A stretch of 64,000 nt of DNA. Source: Paramecium tetraurelia (Eukaryota). This document shows positions 1-13,351 of this stretch, piece after piece. Each line of letters opens with the position of its first letter. Within the stretch, counting starts at the first letter, position 1. Position numbers and translations under genes: made by a program. The notes beneath the pieces were generated by a model, which worked only from the letters and a program-made list of their open reading frames with translations, was not told the origin of the DNA and ran no database searches. The stretch lies in contig CT868074.1 in assembly GCA_000165425.1 (NCBI GenBank), forward strand, positions 248,001 to 312,000, given 5' to 3'.

Positions 1-378
1 AAGTGAGTGAATCATATCAGCAAATTTATACTTTTAGATTTCCTTCAATAATTTATTATATTATTACAAATATTTTAGGATATTCTCCTCCTAATTATCT
101 ATAATTTTGATAACTATAATGATTATTGAATTAAATACCATTAAATTATGAGAATTCATAAATAATGTTTTTAACCTTATCATTTTATTGATTTCAAACT
201 TTAACTTAATATTGCTTTTACTAATATGATTTCATCAATGAACCTATGTTTCCCTAGAAGCAAAGCTCGAGATTTGGTTCATTAATAAAAGGAGTTGAAT
301 CAGGTGTATTTTAAAGTAATAACATGTAATTATTAATATAAAAAGATTTAAATAAAAAATCAAATTTCATTGATAAGA

Positions 379-1051
379 ATGGCAGCTAATAAATTTTGGA
401 AAAAGAAGGAAGTAACGAATTAAATCTAACATAAAGTTATCAAGCTTGGAATAATAAGTAGGATCAGCTTTGACATAAATTGAAACAACAATCACTGAAG
501 TTAAAAATCTCAAAGTGTCATCTGTTGTTGACTACACTGCTAAAATTAATGCAAAGAAGTAGGTCTATTTGGTATTGATCCCATATCCATGTTTGAGCAT
601 TTATAATAGGATTAGGTAAGGTGTTGATTTAATCGTAGCTCAAAATTATTACCTGAATTGGAAAAGAGAGTCAAAGCTACAATCTTGGTTGCTGCCAAAA
701 GAACAATTGAAAGCAAATGGGTAAAGAGTCACAGATCTTAAACCAGACCAAACTCAAGAACACTCACATCTGTCTATGATGGCTTACTTGAAGATTTGAT
801 TAGTCCATCAGTCATTCTTGGAAGAAGAACAAGAGTCAGAGTCGATGGCACTAAGTTTTATAGAATGTAAATTACTTCTCAATAAAATCTTAAGATTCCT
901 TGATGAAAGCGATTAAAAGGAATTAGAACACAGACTTGATGCAATTAAAGATGTCTACAAAGTACTCACAACCAGAGATTTGGAATTTGAATTCAGAAGA
1001 GATGATACATTCTATCAAAAGAGAGGAGCAAAGAAAGTAGCCAAAAAATGA
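379..1051 (+). CDS. RPS7: 40S ribosomal protein S7 (eS7), 3 tiny introns
   Basis: Table-6 translation MAANKFWKKKE...QTRPNSRTLTSVYDGLLEDLISPSVILGRRTRVRVDGTKFYRIFLD...VYKVLTTRDLEFEF matches eS7 motifs. Intron 1 at 412-436 (25 nt). TGA at 1049-1051. Confidence 0.95.
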
Positions 1052-1137
1052 TTATGATTATCATTAGTATAGTAAATACATATTGTATATCCAAGACCTA
1101 TATATATTTCTGTTAATCTTATTATATTATTCATATC

Positions 1138-1633
1138 TCACTATTACTTTATATCAAATTTTTCTAGTTCACCAATAAATTGATTATAAAAATTAATTTA
1201 TTATGGAACAGCCCTAGCACTAACTATTGGCAATTCGTATGTTATCAGCAAGTACACTCTCTTACCATTATGTTTTTTGCAAATTCCCTAAACAATAATT
1301 ATCTATTCCATATTACTCTAGCCAATGAAATGCCTTCCCCTACATCTGCATCACCTCTTCTTCCATAAATCAGAGGAGGATGCCATCTATGGACTTCATA
1401 ATGTTCTCCCAGTAGCACAAACCCAGCTCCTATTGTGTTGTCTCTGACATCATAAGCCTTCAAGTAAGGAGCCAACTCCTCTTTTGAAGCTGCGCAATTT
1501 TTATGAGTTATCACATTTAAATCTTCATCAAATATTATTGCTTTGGCCCACTAATTGTTTATTATAGTCAATTTACTTCGTCTTGCTTCTTCAATTCTGC
1601 CAACAATTATGCAGCATCCAATCCTTAATCCAT
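1138..1633 (-). CDS. Profilin-fold protein (divergent), 2 introns
   Basis: MDQGLDAAQLLAELKKQDEWAKAIIFD...GFVLLGEHYEVHRWHPPLIYGRRGDADVGEGISLARG...YLLITYELP follows the profilin GxxLxGxxY..IYG+KG..G pattern; about 145 aa. Confidence 0.65.
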
Positions 1634-1958
1634 AATTAATTTAAAATAAAAATCATATTCTTCATATCATCTCAACCTATTTATTCCTACATTTTTCATT
1701 CTATAAAAATCATTTTAGAAGAATCATTCGTCATATTACTTAATCTCATCTCATTTTAATTGTAGTAGATTGAAAAGGTAATATGAGTTGTCCGAATTTG
1801 AGACTCAATTTTATAGGTTTTTAATAATGCAATTACAAGAGAATAAATTTGTATATTTAATAGATAAGCTTATTTTTTAAGCGTCTTGATAGTTTGAAAT
1901 TATTTATTAGTAAAAATTATAATTATATTTTATCGTAAAACCAAATAAAAGGAAATAG

Positions 1959-3594
1959 ATGAAAGGACACTACTATTAAACCAAAAGGAAAATCAACACA
2001 TCCAGCTAGCTTCTCCGATCCAATTAATTACTATCACTTGCAGAAACTAATGATTAGATATAAAAAAATAAAACTGACTCTTAATTATCAAACTCTCACA
2101 AAAAAATATCAAGATCGATAAATAATCTTCCGAAGAAGGACCCAACCTTAGACTTAGCCTTTATGACTGTGACAAAACCAGATTCGAGGTATGATTTTAG
2201 CAAGTTTCCTAATTTGGAAAAAAAAACAGATGTTCAAAGAGTGAATTGGTTTACTAAATAAAATAAATAGATAGAATAATAATAAAATTTCTTAGAATTC
2301 TTAAATGCTACAAAGACACAATCAACTAAAAATTAGATTAAGCCTAAGGTTATTGCTGAACAAAGCAAAATCGATGATAAAAATGAATTAAATTATTGTG
2401 ACAAGTATTTTGTTATTAAAACTCCAATCAAACCCATTTTAATTAAGCATAAAAATACTAGTAAATGTAATTATATTTATTTAGAAAAGAACTAATAAGT
2501 ATGAGCTCAACTATGAGTAGAATTAAGAAAAAAGCCTTAAACAGAAACATGAATTTAGAATGTACTATAAAATTTAAATTAAATAGAATTTATTGAAAAA
2601 AATAATGAATTACGAAGACATTGTTAAACTTAATAAGAACATCAGTACACCTAAAATTCTATTTTGGAATAATTACAAATTAAAAATATTCAACATATTA
2701 ATTTATATTCCTCTGTCAAAAGAGGAGTTAAGAATAACATTTTGCATAATTAATACAAAAGTGAGATTAAAGATCTAATTGAATTAGATGAGGAATTGAC
2801 TTCTTAAGATTATGAAATTATGAAAGAATTGTAAAAGAAGTCTATCTTTTAAAACCCGTTCTCTCACCCACATTAAGATGAAATAAATCAGTTTAATTCA
2901 TACTCCATTGATGAAAATACAAAAGTCAGTGAAAAAAATGAAAATGAATAGCTATTGATCATTTAAAAAAGAAGAAATAAAGTTAAACGAGTATTGTTGC
3001 AGATCACTATATTTTTGCATTGGATGATGGAACATAAACTAAAATATGAAGATATTATTACTGGAAATGTATTTTAAACTAAACCTTACTAAAGTGAAAA
3101 GTCTAAGTTATGTTTTCAAAAAGTAAAAGCAAATGATATTGAAGCTGTCAATTAATTTATAAGACACAATAAATTTCTAGTTTTTGATTATGATAATTTT
3201 AAATTAACAATGCTTCATCATGCAGTTATTAGAGATTATCCTGAAATGGCAATCTTAATTTTATAAAATCATGCGGAAGTCAATAGTAAAGATATTGTAA
3301 TATTTCTACTTATATTGTAGTAAGGCAGAACTCCATTATTTTATGCAATAAAGGGAAAATGCAATTAATGTGTTTGCATCCTATTATATTTCAAGGCTTC
3401 TCCCTGGGGAAATGCAAAAAATACCTATGATAAATATTTAGAATTCCTAGAACCAAAAGTTAGAGACTTGTACAAAAAAGCAAAAACAGTAAGAATGTGA
3501 ATATTTTTAGATCCATCTTCGTTTGCAAATACTTAAAGCATCCAAAAGAGAGCATTATTGGTCATAATAAAAATTAATATTTACATATAAATGA
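1959..3594 (+). CDS. Ankyrin-repeat protein (C-terminal ANK repeats)
   Basis: Low-complexity N-terminus, then LTMLHHAVIRDYPEMAILILQNHAEVNSKD / GRTPLFYAIKGKCNQCVCILLYFKASPW. Last intron 3489-3510, TGA at 3592-3594. Confidence 0.8.
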
Positions 3595-4228
3595 TTATTC
3601 TAATTTTATTTTTGATTTCATTCTCATATGGTCATAACTGGGATTAAAATACTAAAGTTAAATTATTGAATGAAGAAGAGCAGTATGATTTATTAAGTAA
3701 GAATCAAAAAAAACGATAGATAAGGATGAAGGAATATTTATTATGTTTTATGCTCCATGGTGTCCTCATTGTATTAAACTAATTCCTACATGGGAAATAT
3801 TAGCCTAATAAAGCAATGTAGCAGCTGTAAATTGCGAACAAAATACACGACTGTGTTCCAGATTCAAAATTAAAGGATTTCCATCTTTGATTTACATTCC
3901 CCCACAATCTAAATTAGGATATAAATTTTATGGTTTATTTTTTTGATTACTTTTAAAAGGCAACAGAACTAATGACGAGTTTGATCTCTTTATTAAAGGA
4001 GGTTGGAAAGACGAGAACATTTTGTAAATTGAAATTTCATAAGAATATTCTTTAACTGATGAGTTGATAGATTACCTTAAAGACCCTATGTTGCTTGTAT
4101 TTTTTAATTATTAAATTAAGGGAGTCATAGTAGTGATGCTATTTTTAATCTTTATGATACTTTGCATGAATAGATTGGATGCAGAAGGATAGGAAATATA
4201 AAAAAACAAGGAAAAAAAAGCAGAATGA
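3591..4228 (+). CDS. Thioredoxin/PDI-family membrane protein (TMX-like)
   Basis: Signal peptide MIILILFLISFSYG, active site MFYAPWCPHC, FKIKGFPSL, a C-terminal TM helix and terminal KKAE (KKxx ER-retrieval-type motif); 3 introns. Confidence 0.88.
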
Positions 4229-4255
4229 TGTTTTTTTAAATTTAGTTTATGAAAT

Positions 4256-6038
4256 TCAATTTTTTTCCAGATTATCGTTGTTATCTTGTTTACACTTTTA
4301 CAATAAATTACTTACTGTTACATCTAAGGATGCTATAAGCTTTTAGTTAATTTAGTTATTTTGATCTGACAATATTTGCAAGATTGCATCTTAAGTAACT
4401 CCCTATTATTTTATCTGTTGATCACAATATAACCTTTATTCCTCTAATTTATCTTTCTGTGGGATATTATTAAACTTTTCGAATAGGATTCGTTAATTTT
4501 CATTAAAAATAATATGCTTTAACTTTTCAACATCCTACAGTCTTTTTAAGATATTGAATATATTTAATTAGCTGTCGATTTCTTTATGAGCCGACCTGAA
4601 TTGAAGTATGTTATCATCATCCTAGAATTAAATAAAAATTTACTTTAGTCACTATGCATCTTAAAGCTTAGAATGCATTTATGTACCCAAATTTCATTTT
4701 TTTATTTTTACGAAATACTGCTCTTAGTAGATATTGAACATATGTTTAAAGAATAGTTTTGTATGATCTATCCTTTTGGATTTGTTTATTACATATATTC
4801 TCCTTAATCGATAACGTCTTGTTAGTTACAATTTAATCTTGGCAATTTTACACTTATTGTTATTCTAACTGCCTCTGTAAAGGAGAACCTGGTTTATCAT
4901 TTCTGATTATAGAAGAAGAGTCCTTCTATTAACTATTATCTTCATAGTGCTATTTGTCCTTAAATTCATATAAAGAGTTGATAAGTTCCAGAAGAAGGCT
5001 AATTTTATTTATAGGTTTAGAAATAATATAAAAGAGACTGAACAATACTTACCATAAGCCACCAAGCTCAGCTAAAATTTCCTATATCTTTGGATATGTC
5101 CTATAGTCAACATATTCTGTTGTATCAAGTCTAATTGCTACATTCATTATCAAGTCACTTTAACTCAAATCCAACATTTCAGTATGTCTACCATACCTCA
5201 AAGTCTTTTCATATTCTAAATTTGTTTAAATTAATCCTACATCTGTGATTGTAGTCAAAGGTTCTAAATAAATTGAAATTTCCTTATAGATATTATTTGA
5301 AATTGTTGTAAAGACATCTTGTCCTTTTGGTTAATAAGGAGAATTTGGATTTTTTAAATTTGTAGTCTGAGAAGAAATTTGAAAAGAAAAATAATTCTAC
5401 GTTAAGACTTGCTCGATTTCCTTCTAAGATTTACAAGGTTAACTTTTTTTATTTTATTCAGTACAAGTATTAAATTAGATAAGTATGTATTCAAATTTTG
5501 GGGCATCAAAAGTTCCTTATATTTATATACTAGGAATTTAATTCCAGTCAATACAATAATTAGTTGGTAAATCAATATGGGAAAAGTATTCCTTTAGTTC
5601 CTTTTATTTAATCAAATCCTCATTGCAATTGACTAAAGGTAACTCTTACTTTTCATAGACATCTGCTTTTTGTCCATTTTAGAGTTTTACATTCTTTTTG
5701 ACCATGTAAGCATTAACAACATAAATTGATTCATCAATGTAGGTTTTGTAGGTCGAGTTTTAAAAGGAAAAGGTCATAGTGAAGTTCGAAGGCATCAAAC
5801 TATATTATTCAGGTTGAGAATGATAAATTTCTGAACTTAATGATGTTGGATTGCTCCTATCAAATAATGTAACTATCTTTTAATAAAGTAAGTTTGAGAA
5901 TAAGGCCAACAACAAGACTGTTAGAATTGACCCAAATAATGTTTAGTGATACTCTTTTTTATCAATGAGTAATTGCAAAGGTTGGGCGAATAAATCAAAT
6001 TACTTTATTCCTTTTATGAAAATCTTGTTCTTTTACAT
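4256..6038 (-). CDS. Ciliate-family two-TM membrane protein with large extracellular loop
   Basis: MQKNK...FDLFAQPLQLLIDKKEYHQTLFGSILTVLLLALFS (TM1), a Cys-containing loop, YPKIQEILAELGGLWQVLFSLFYII (TM2) and a cytoplasmic tail. TGA at 4256-4258. Confidence 0.8.
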
Positions 6039-6299
6039 AAATTTTCAATTATTTTATGAATTAAATAATATTGATGAGCATCTTAATAAATATATCATTT
6101 AATAATTAAATTAAATATTATTTAATAATATCGTAAGCGTATTAATTATCTATAATATTAAATTTATTTAGAATTATATATAAATAGATAGATTGAAATT
6201 AAATAGAAATATTTCCAATATATATAGATAGATAGAAATTTAGTTAAAGCAAGTTTTTAATTTGTCAAAATAAAGTAAAAGAAATTCAATATTATTTCA

Positions 6300-7210
6300 A
6301 ATGAATTGCGAAAAAGAGTAGGCGGATGATTTGTATGAGTTTTTAGTTTTATCTAAAGAAGTTGATGAAGCAGTCTACCCTATCCTCAGTAAAATATTGA
6401 AAAGAGGAATAGTTTATGACTGCTTAGAATTTCTCTCATAAGATCTAATTCAAGTCAAATAAAATACTATTGGTAGATATCACTATTGGGTAAGGAAATT
6501 ATGTTTAAAACAGCAAATTTTCTCAAAAAAATTAAGGATCATGAATTTAATAAACATAATTACTCTATGGATGATCATGAAGAAATTAAAAAAGATTTGA
6601 TCATAAAAATATCATAGGATAAGAAGACAATAAAATTTCTAAAATTTTTAGTTAATCTTACTGTCTTAGATGAGAGATTCATATAGTGTGGATCAATTCT
6701 ATTCATTTACTGGTTTAAATGAAAGTTGATTTGAAGGAATTATGGTTTGAAAATATTAGAATTAAAGATACATTCTTAATAGGGGCTAACTTGGTAACAT
6801 GTGACTGAAGTGGATCTTAATTTGATAATGTGATTATTAGTGAAATAAACTTGAATTAAGCAAATTATTAAATTGTAAGTGGAGAAATCTAAGAATAAAT
6901 GAGTTAAATAAGTTTAATGACCATAGTCGTCGTGTCAATTCTGTCTGCTTTTCTCCAGATGGTAGGTCATTAGCTTCTTCTGGTGACGATTAATCCATTC
7001 ATTTGTAGGATGTGAAGACTGGGAAAAAAAAGTCAATAATAATAAGTAAGGGGTCGGTAAAATCAGTATGTTTTTCACCTAAGAATAATACATTAGCTTC
7101 CAGCAAAGAATAATATATGTATTTATGGAATCTTAAAAAGGAAAATAAATATTTAAATTAAGTGATCATACATAGTAGATTAATTCCATCTGTTTTTCTT
7201 TTGATAACTG
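6300..7210 (+). pseudogene. Degenerate pentapeptide + WD40-repeat gene fragment (Paramecium NACHT-WD40-type family)
   Basis: CGSILFI..MKVDLKELWFENIRIKDTFLIGANLVTCD*SGSQFDNV has an in-frame TGA at 6806-6808. A frameshift near 6865 precedes LNCKWRNLRINEL..HSRRVNSVCFSPDGRSLASSGDD. Boundaries approximate. Confidence 0.75.
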
Positions 7211-7229
7211 AACTTAATCCTCCAAGTAT

Positions 7230-8330
7230 CAAACTCACTAATCTGAGTCTGAGTCTATGCAAAGAAGAAATCAAGCAATCCTTTTTCTTTTATAGGAATA
7301 AGGAGAATAATGCGAATTCTACCTAGAAATGTAGGTTAAATATATTCAAGACTGATAAAGCTAAATTCACTACACAGACACATACCTCCTTATGAATTAA
7401 TTTAACGAATTGATCTTCAAACATGATAAATTGTCAAAGTTTCTTATTAAATATATTGAACTTTTTTGATTATTTTGACACTACAGTTAAAAGAATGCAT
7501 CTATCAAATTGGAAAAACAGCTTCATTAAAAAGGAATAGCTAAACAAAGCAAGGCTCCATTAATCCTTTGACATTTTTTTTCAAAAAACTAGAGCATGAA
7601 GGACTTAAGAAATCTTGAAGAATTGATGTTGAAAATATCAGAGTGATACAATATTTAGAATATTTAAAATCGTTGGTTCGTAATTGTAATATAAAAAGCC
7701 ATTTTATTAAAAAATAAGCATGAGTTTCCTTCATTCTTTTTGTTATTATTGTAATCCCCAATTATTTGCTAAAAAAGAATTGTTGCCTTAATCAGTCATC
7801 CCATTTGTAGGAAGATTTCCTGATAAAATGCTTATCCTAAAATTAAGCAGAGAGCCTTTCTTTATTGTAAAATCACTTCCCATTTTATTATTTAATTACA
7901 AACTCAATGTAAACTGACAACAATAATCACTTCTGCCATCTTAATATGAAGAAAAAATAAATATCAAGTCTTAAATCAAGAGTTTTCGAATCTACAAGCG
8001 TTGTAAACTCAGGTATTATAAGAAATAGAAACGCTTAAAACACATCACAATTAAGATATCGAAGAATTTTCCATAATAGAAGATAGAATGATTAGGAAAG
8101 AATATTAGATAGAAAAAGAAAAGGATGAATAACTTAATAAAATGAAATCATACACAACTGAAATGATGAAATCGTTAAAAATTCAATAATAATTATTAGA
8201 ATATGTAAAAGATAAAATGAAGATCAGTTGATGGAGATTAAAGAATTGCGAAAATTACTATTATAAAAAAAAAGTAACAAAAGTAGCCTAATACTGAACC
8301 TGCACTTGATCAATTAGAATCTTAAAACTA
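7230..8330 (+). pseudogene. Possible decayed coiled-coil gene
   Basis: Purine-rich, E/K/Q-rich coding-like stretches (e.g. NQEFSNLQALQTQVLQEIETLKTHHNQDIEEF) broken by several TGAs and frame changes. Confidence 0.3.
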
Positions 8331-8755
8331 ACCTACAATAAATATTAGGGAACCATAAGGTATTATTTCCTCTTTTGAAACATGTGAAAATAAATTAATA
8401 AGATAGTAGGATATTTGCTTTTGATTTAATAAGATGAATCTTTAAAATTGAATTTTACTGCATTCTAGATAAAAATTATGAACAAAATGACTGTATATTT
8501 ATTAAACGTCAAAATATTGTAAATCATAAATTTGTACAATACATTAATATGAAAAAATTATCTAACATAGATTTTTAATCTGTTAAATAAAACCTTAATT
8601 AAAAAAAGTATTATATTATAAATGTAGACATGCTTTATAATGAACTTTGGCAGAAGGCGTTTTATTTCATAAATTGTATAAAAGAATTGAAAACTATATT
8701 TTAAAATAAGTGGAACGTAGCCTAAACATTTTTGTTTTATTTTATTATTAAAAAT

Positions 8756-11700
8756 TCAATCATTTAATTTTCTCTTAGAATTAGAATTTTTACCTTCTTC
8801 AATTATTTCTTCATCAAAAATAGATTAAAATAGTTAATTTTCAAATTATTTAAAATATCCAAAATTCTCTTTTACAGAAACAGCCTAGAATAAATAAATG
8901 ATTCTTACTAAATCTTGGGATTGCAATACATTAAAAAGGAAATTCTTAACATAAATTTTTAAATTGAAGTCTTAATCTACAAAGTTATCATCAAACCAAA
9001 ATTAATACTAAAATAGGAAGAATAATAATACTTCTATCCAATAATCTCTCTAATCATCTGGCTCTACAGATTAAATATCTGAGACTAATTATTAAATTTC
9101 TTCTTAGGTTGGCACTCTGCATTCATATAATATCAGAGTAATGAGTAGAGTTTGATAACTAAATCTAACATTTGGATAACAGCCCAAATGGGCTATCTTA
9201 TTGATATTCAATTTAAATTATGATAAGAATTTAGTTCTTCTCTTTTGGAAGGACTCAAAAATATCTAGAGGAATCCATGCAGAATCACTTAGCGATTTAA
9301 CTTCCTCATAGAATTGGATAGCCTATCTCCATCTTTCAGATTCAGGAATTAAGTGCTATTACATGTAAACCATTTTAAAGGCTTCTGATATGGGACTAGG
9401 CTCTGGTATTGTAAGTATGGCAGGTTATCTATTTTCAATTTATTGTTTTAGATAGTTGATTGATTCAAAACAAAAGTCATTTTCACTAATTATAGAATAT
9501 TGATAATTACTTCTTAATGCCACAAATAATCCAATCATCAATTCTTGAATAAAGGATATCTTCCATCAGTAGCATTTCAGTCATTTTGCTATAAGCTACA
9601 CTCCTGATGATTTGACCTCTCTTGTATGCGATTTCTTTTTAGATTTTAATAATTAAAGATTCTTCACCTTAAGTAATTTTATCGAGACAATCATTATAAT
9701 AAGAAATAAGCACTTCCAATTGAGGAAACTTGTACCCATCAATCAATTAGGATTGAGGTGGTTCAAGAATAAAATGTTCACTCCATGGTTTTCCTAATAA
9801 TTAGATTTCTGTTAATAAATTTGTTTCTGTTTGCAGGAGCATTAGTACATGTTACATAAATTATTAAATTTAAATAGCAACAAATCTATCCTTCTTCAAT
9901 TTTTTCACAAAATCTAAGGCTTAATTTTTCTTTTAATTTAAAATGTCCCATAATTATTCATAGGTTTTTTATAAGTGATCTTTTAATTATTGCTTTGCAT
10001 TTTTTTATTTGGATAGATCGTCATTTTCTTAAAGGAATTTGTTATAACTTTATTAAAATTCATGCATTAATTTTAATTTGTTATCAGGACTTTCAAAGAA
10101 TTCAATAAAGGTTTTTTGAGTTTATAAAAATATTTATTAGCACTTCTTCCTTTAATGACTCATTCTCCTAATGTAGATGGTAGTTTCTCTAATGTAAGTA
10201 TTCGAAATTTCATCCCATTACTTTAAAATTCCTTTAAGCTAATCTTAATTCAAAAATTCACTTTGAGCATCCTTTTATCGTGATGCTAATTGAGATCTTC
10301 CTCTTTCTGTTGATTATTTGGCATCAAGGAGACTCTGTTTATCTTATTATAGTTATGCCTATTATTCTGGATTCTACTCTTCCACTTTCCCCAAATCTGA
10401 ATTTTCTAAACCTTATTATTATTAAGATTGTTATTCTTATTATTGTAATTCATTTGCCAATATTTCTTCAGCTATTTGATTTAAATACTCACTATTATGA
10501 GTAAGCACTTTGTTAATTAGTCCATCAATAGATTTTGCAACTTCAAATCCTTTGCCTGCTATCTTGGCATGATGCAATTATTTGAAATCTTCCTCGAATC
10601 CAAATTGTTCACACCATTCTATTAGTCCAGATAAATTATCATTAAATTATTGAAACTCCTTCTATAATTTTCTAATATTAAATGTAATCTTACTCTTCTG
10701 TTTCACTCTCTATTTTTAGGAGCTTATCTAGTTTGATCTCAGGAGGAGGTGGACTTTCCTCTAAATTGTAGACTATCTCTGTAAGTGGGTCTATTCTTCT
10801 ATTCTACATTCTTTACACTCTTTGTTCAAATGGAGTATCTAGATTAATTATTAAATCTATTCCTGCTTATTATATTTTATTGGATTCTTCTTGTGTAGGG
10901 ATGTCCAACAATTCTTGAAACTTCTTTTTCTTTTCCTCAGCTATTTAATTCAACCTTTCTTCATATGGTATAAAGCCTGTCAATTACTCTTCCAACATTT
11001 TAGCCTAACTAACATTTTCTGGAAATCCAATCAAAACCATCCCTTTAGTATAATAAAATTGCTTAGAATTAATATATTCTTTGATTAGATCTTCTTAAGT
11101 AGGTCCAGTATTCTAGGGTGCATCCTTTTTGCCAGGTTTTTTAGAAGTTTTTTTAACTTCCTCAACGACAGGTTATTGTTCTTTTTTAAGTTGTAATTCT
11201 TTAGCTTCTTTGATTTCTTATGCAACTTATAGAGGGGTTCTCTAACCAAATGTCTAATTCAATTTAATAAGTATTCCTTTTAATAATAATTCATCAGGAA
11301 TAACTGAATCCTTATATTCATTAATTTATAAGCCATATTCTTTTAATTCTGGGTTTTCTACCACAGGAACTTCAATCACCTTTTTTGTATCTTTCTTTTT
11401 CTTTGGATCTTCGACAGGAGGAAAGGCGAGTTTCAACGACTCTTTAATAATAGATTCTATATCAATAATTTCCAAACCATATTTTTAATTTAAGTATTTT
11501 GCTGTAGTCTTCCTACCACTGAATTTACCTCCAATCAATGATATTTTAAGTGGTAGATAGTAGTTGATACCCTCTTTTAATGGTTGCATTGGATACAATT
11601 CATCTGTTATCTCAAATAGAAATTCAGCAAGTGATATATTTGCCATTAGTTAACCATCATTTGAGGTTGACTTCCAATCTTTGATTGCATGATAATATTC

Positions 11701-13240
11701 AACAAAATCTTAAGTAATTGCTGCAGCAATGTTATCATTGAGTGGCTTTACTTATGACAATTCATTTTGCCATTCCTCAATAAATTTATTCCAAACCTTC
11801 TTATCTAATGTTAAAGGCTTACCATTTTCTTCGACATTCTCATTCATCTTTAGATAGCATTTGTCTGCCAAATCCAAGATGGTCAATATTAATGGTTGCA
11901 TTTATTAAATATGTTTCATTCTCTTTTACACTTTTCTATTATAATTCTATTCCATATATTAAACTTAAAGTATTCTCCACTCTTTTTACCTCTACAATCT
12001 AACTTCTTACTCCCTTGCTTTAGCTTCTTTTCTTAATTATTCAAAAAACATTTCTTTTTATTCTTGCAATACCTGAGACATCTATATTCTCTCATTGAAT
12101 TATAATTTCCCTCTCAATTTTTCCTTCAATCTGAGACCTGCTTCCTAATTAGCTATTTTTCCATACTCTGAAAATTTATCAACCAATTCATCCAATCTTT
12201 TCTTTGCTTCCACTAATTCTTATTATTTTAATTATTCAACCAACATCTTATTCCTTCGTTTCTACCTCGCTTTTCTGGCCTCTTCAGTTTTATGTGTCCT
12301 TTCCCTTATCTTCATCATAGTTGCAACAGCAGAAAACTTAGCCTTTTCAGGTACGGGTTTTTTGGAAGGATCCTTTTCTATTTCAATTCCTTATCTGATA
12401 CAAGTTTACAAAAATAAATATATGTTATTATCCATAGCCTTTTGATCATCCTTTTTCTTTTAATTAACTTCAGCGACCATTCTTCCAGTCATCATCTCAT
12501 TAAACTTTGTCTCTTTTTCAATCCTATTGTGTTTAACTGTTTCTGTATTCTTCCAGAATTCATAAATCTTTTTATCTTGTTCTTTAATAAACTCATGATT
12601 TGCTCTAATCTTTTCCAATTCATTATCTCTCAATGATAATAACCATTGTCTCTCCTTCTCCTCGTCCTTTTATTTTAAATTCACTGCTTGTATCTCGTGG
12701 ATGAGTTTCTCATCTCGAAATCTGTGCAAACTCTCTTCAATAGACTTTAATTTCTTCGGCAATGAGTTTATAAACTTCTCTTCATAACTAAAAATTGATA
12801 TAACAGTTTCATATTTACTTGTTCACCAAGGATTGTACTTATTTTTTGTCGGTTACTTTTAATGTTTTTGTCAATTCATTCAAAACATCCTTTGTTTCTT
12901 TACGAGCAATTGCAAGCAACGAATTTACAACAATTGGTTTAGAATGTGATTTTATTGCTTTCAAATACTCTTCAATTTATGATTAACCTTTTTCAACCTT
13001 TGGTTCAATTCCGACTAAATTTATAATGTGCTTTTTAACTATCTTCATATTCTTTTGAGTTGAATATTCATCAAATTTATTTGTTAAGATTTTCTTAAGA
13101 GGATTTCCTGTTTTATAAAGCACTTCTTAAAAATAAAACCAATTCTGAAATTGTTTTTCAATATCTAGAATTGCAGGTTAAAGCTTGATTTCCTTATTTA
13201 ACCATCGTATTAATTCAGGATCTCCTTAGAGTGATTTCAT
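8756..13240 (-). CDS. SPEF2: Sperm flagellar protein 2 / CPC1-like central-pair protein
   Basis: N-terminal CH-like ELIRWLNKEIKL..DIEKQFQNWFYF, long coiled coil, adenylate-kinase-like domain (ISLIGGKFSGRKTTAKYL; GWFLIGFPENVSQAKMLE; RRIDPLTEIVYNLEESPPP); about 1490 aa. The stop could be 8760 if a terminal intron is used. Confidence 0.8.
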
Positions 13241-13351
13241 TAAATAATTAATAATAATTATATCGAACATCGATTATTATTCGCTTATTTAAACTAATAT
13301 TGTTACTATAGAATTTCAAGTATAATTAACATATGTAATAATTATGATAAC

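Noticed and set aside
237..283. 8-bp inverted repeat AATGAACC/GGTTCATT upstream of RPS7 (SECIS or ncRNA?)
   Set aside because: No proper GA quartet and no visible selenoprotein; this length is expected by chance.
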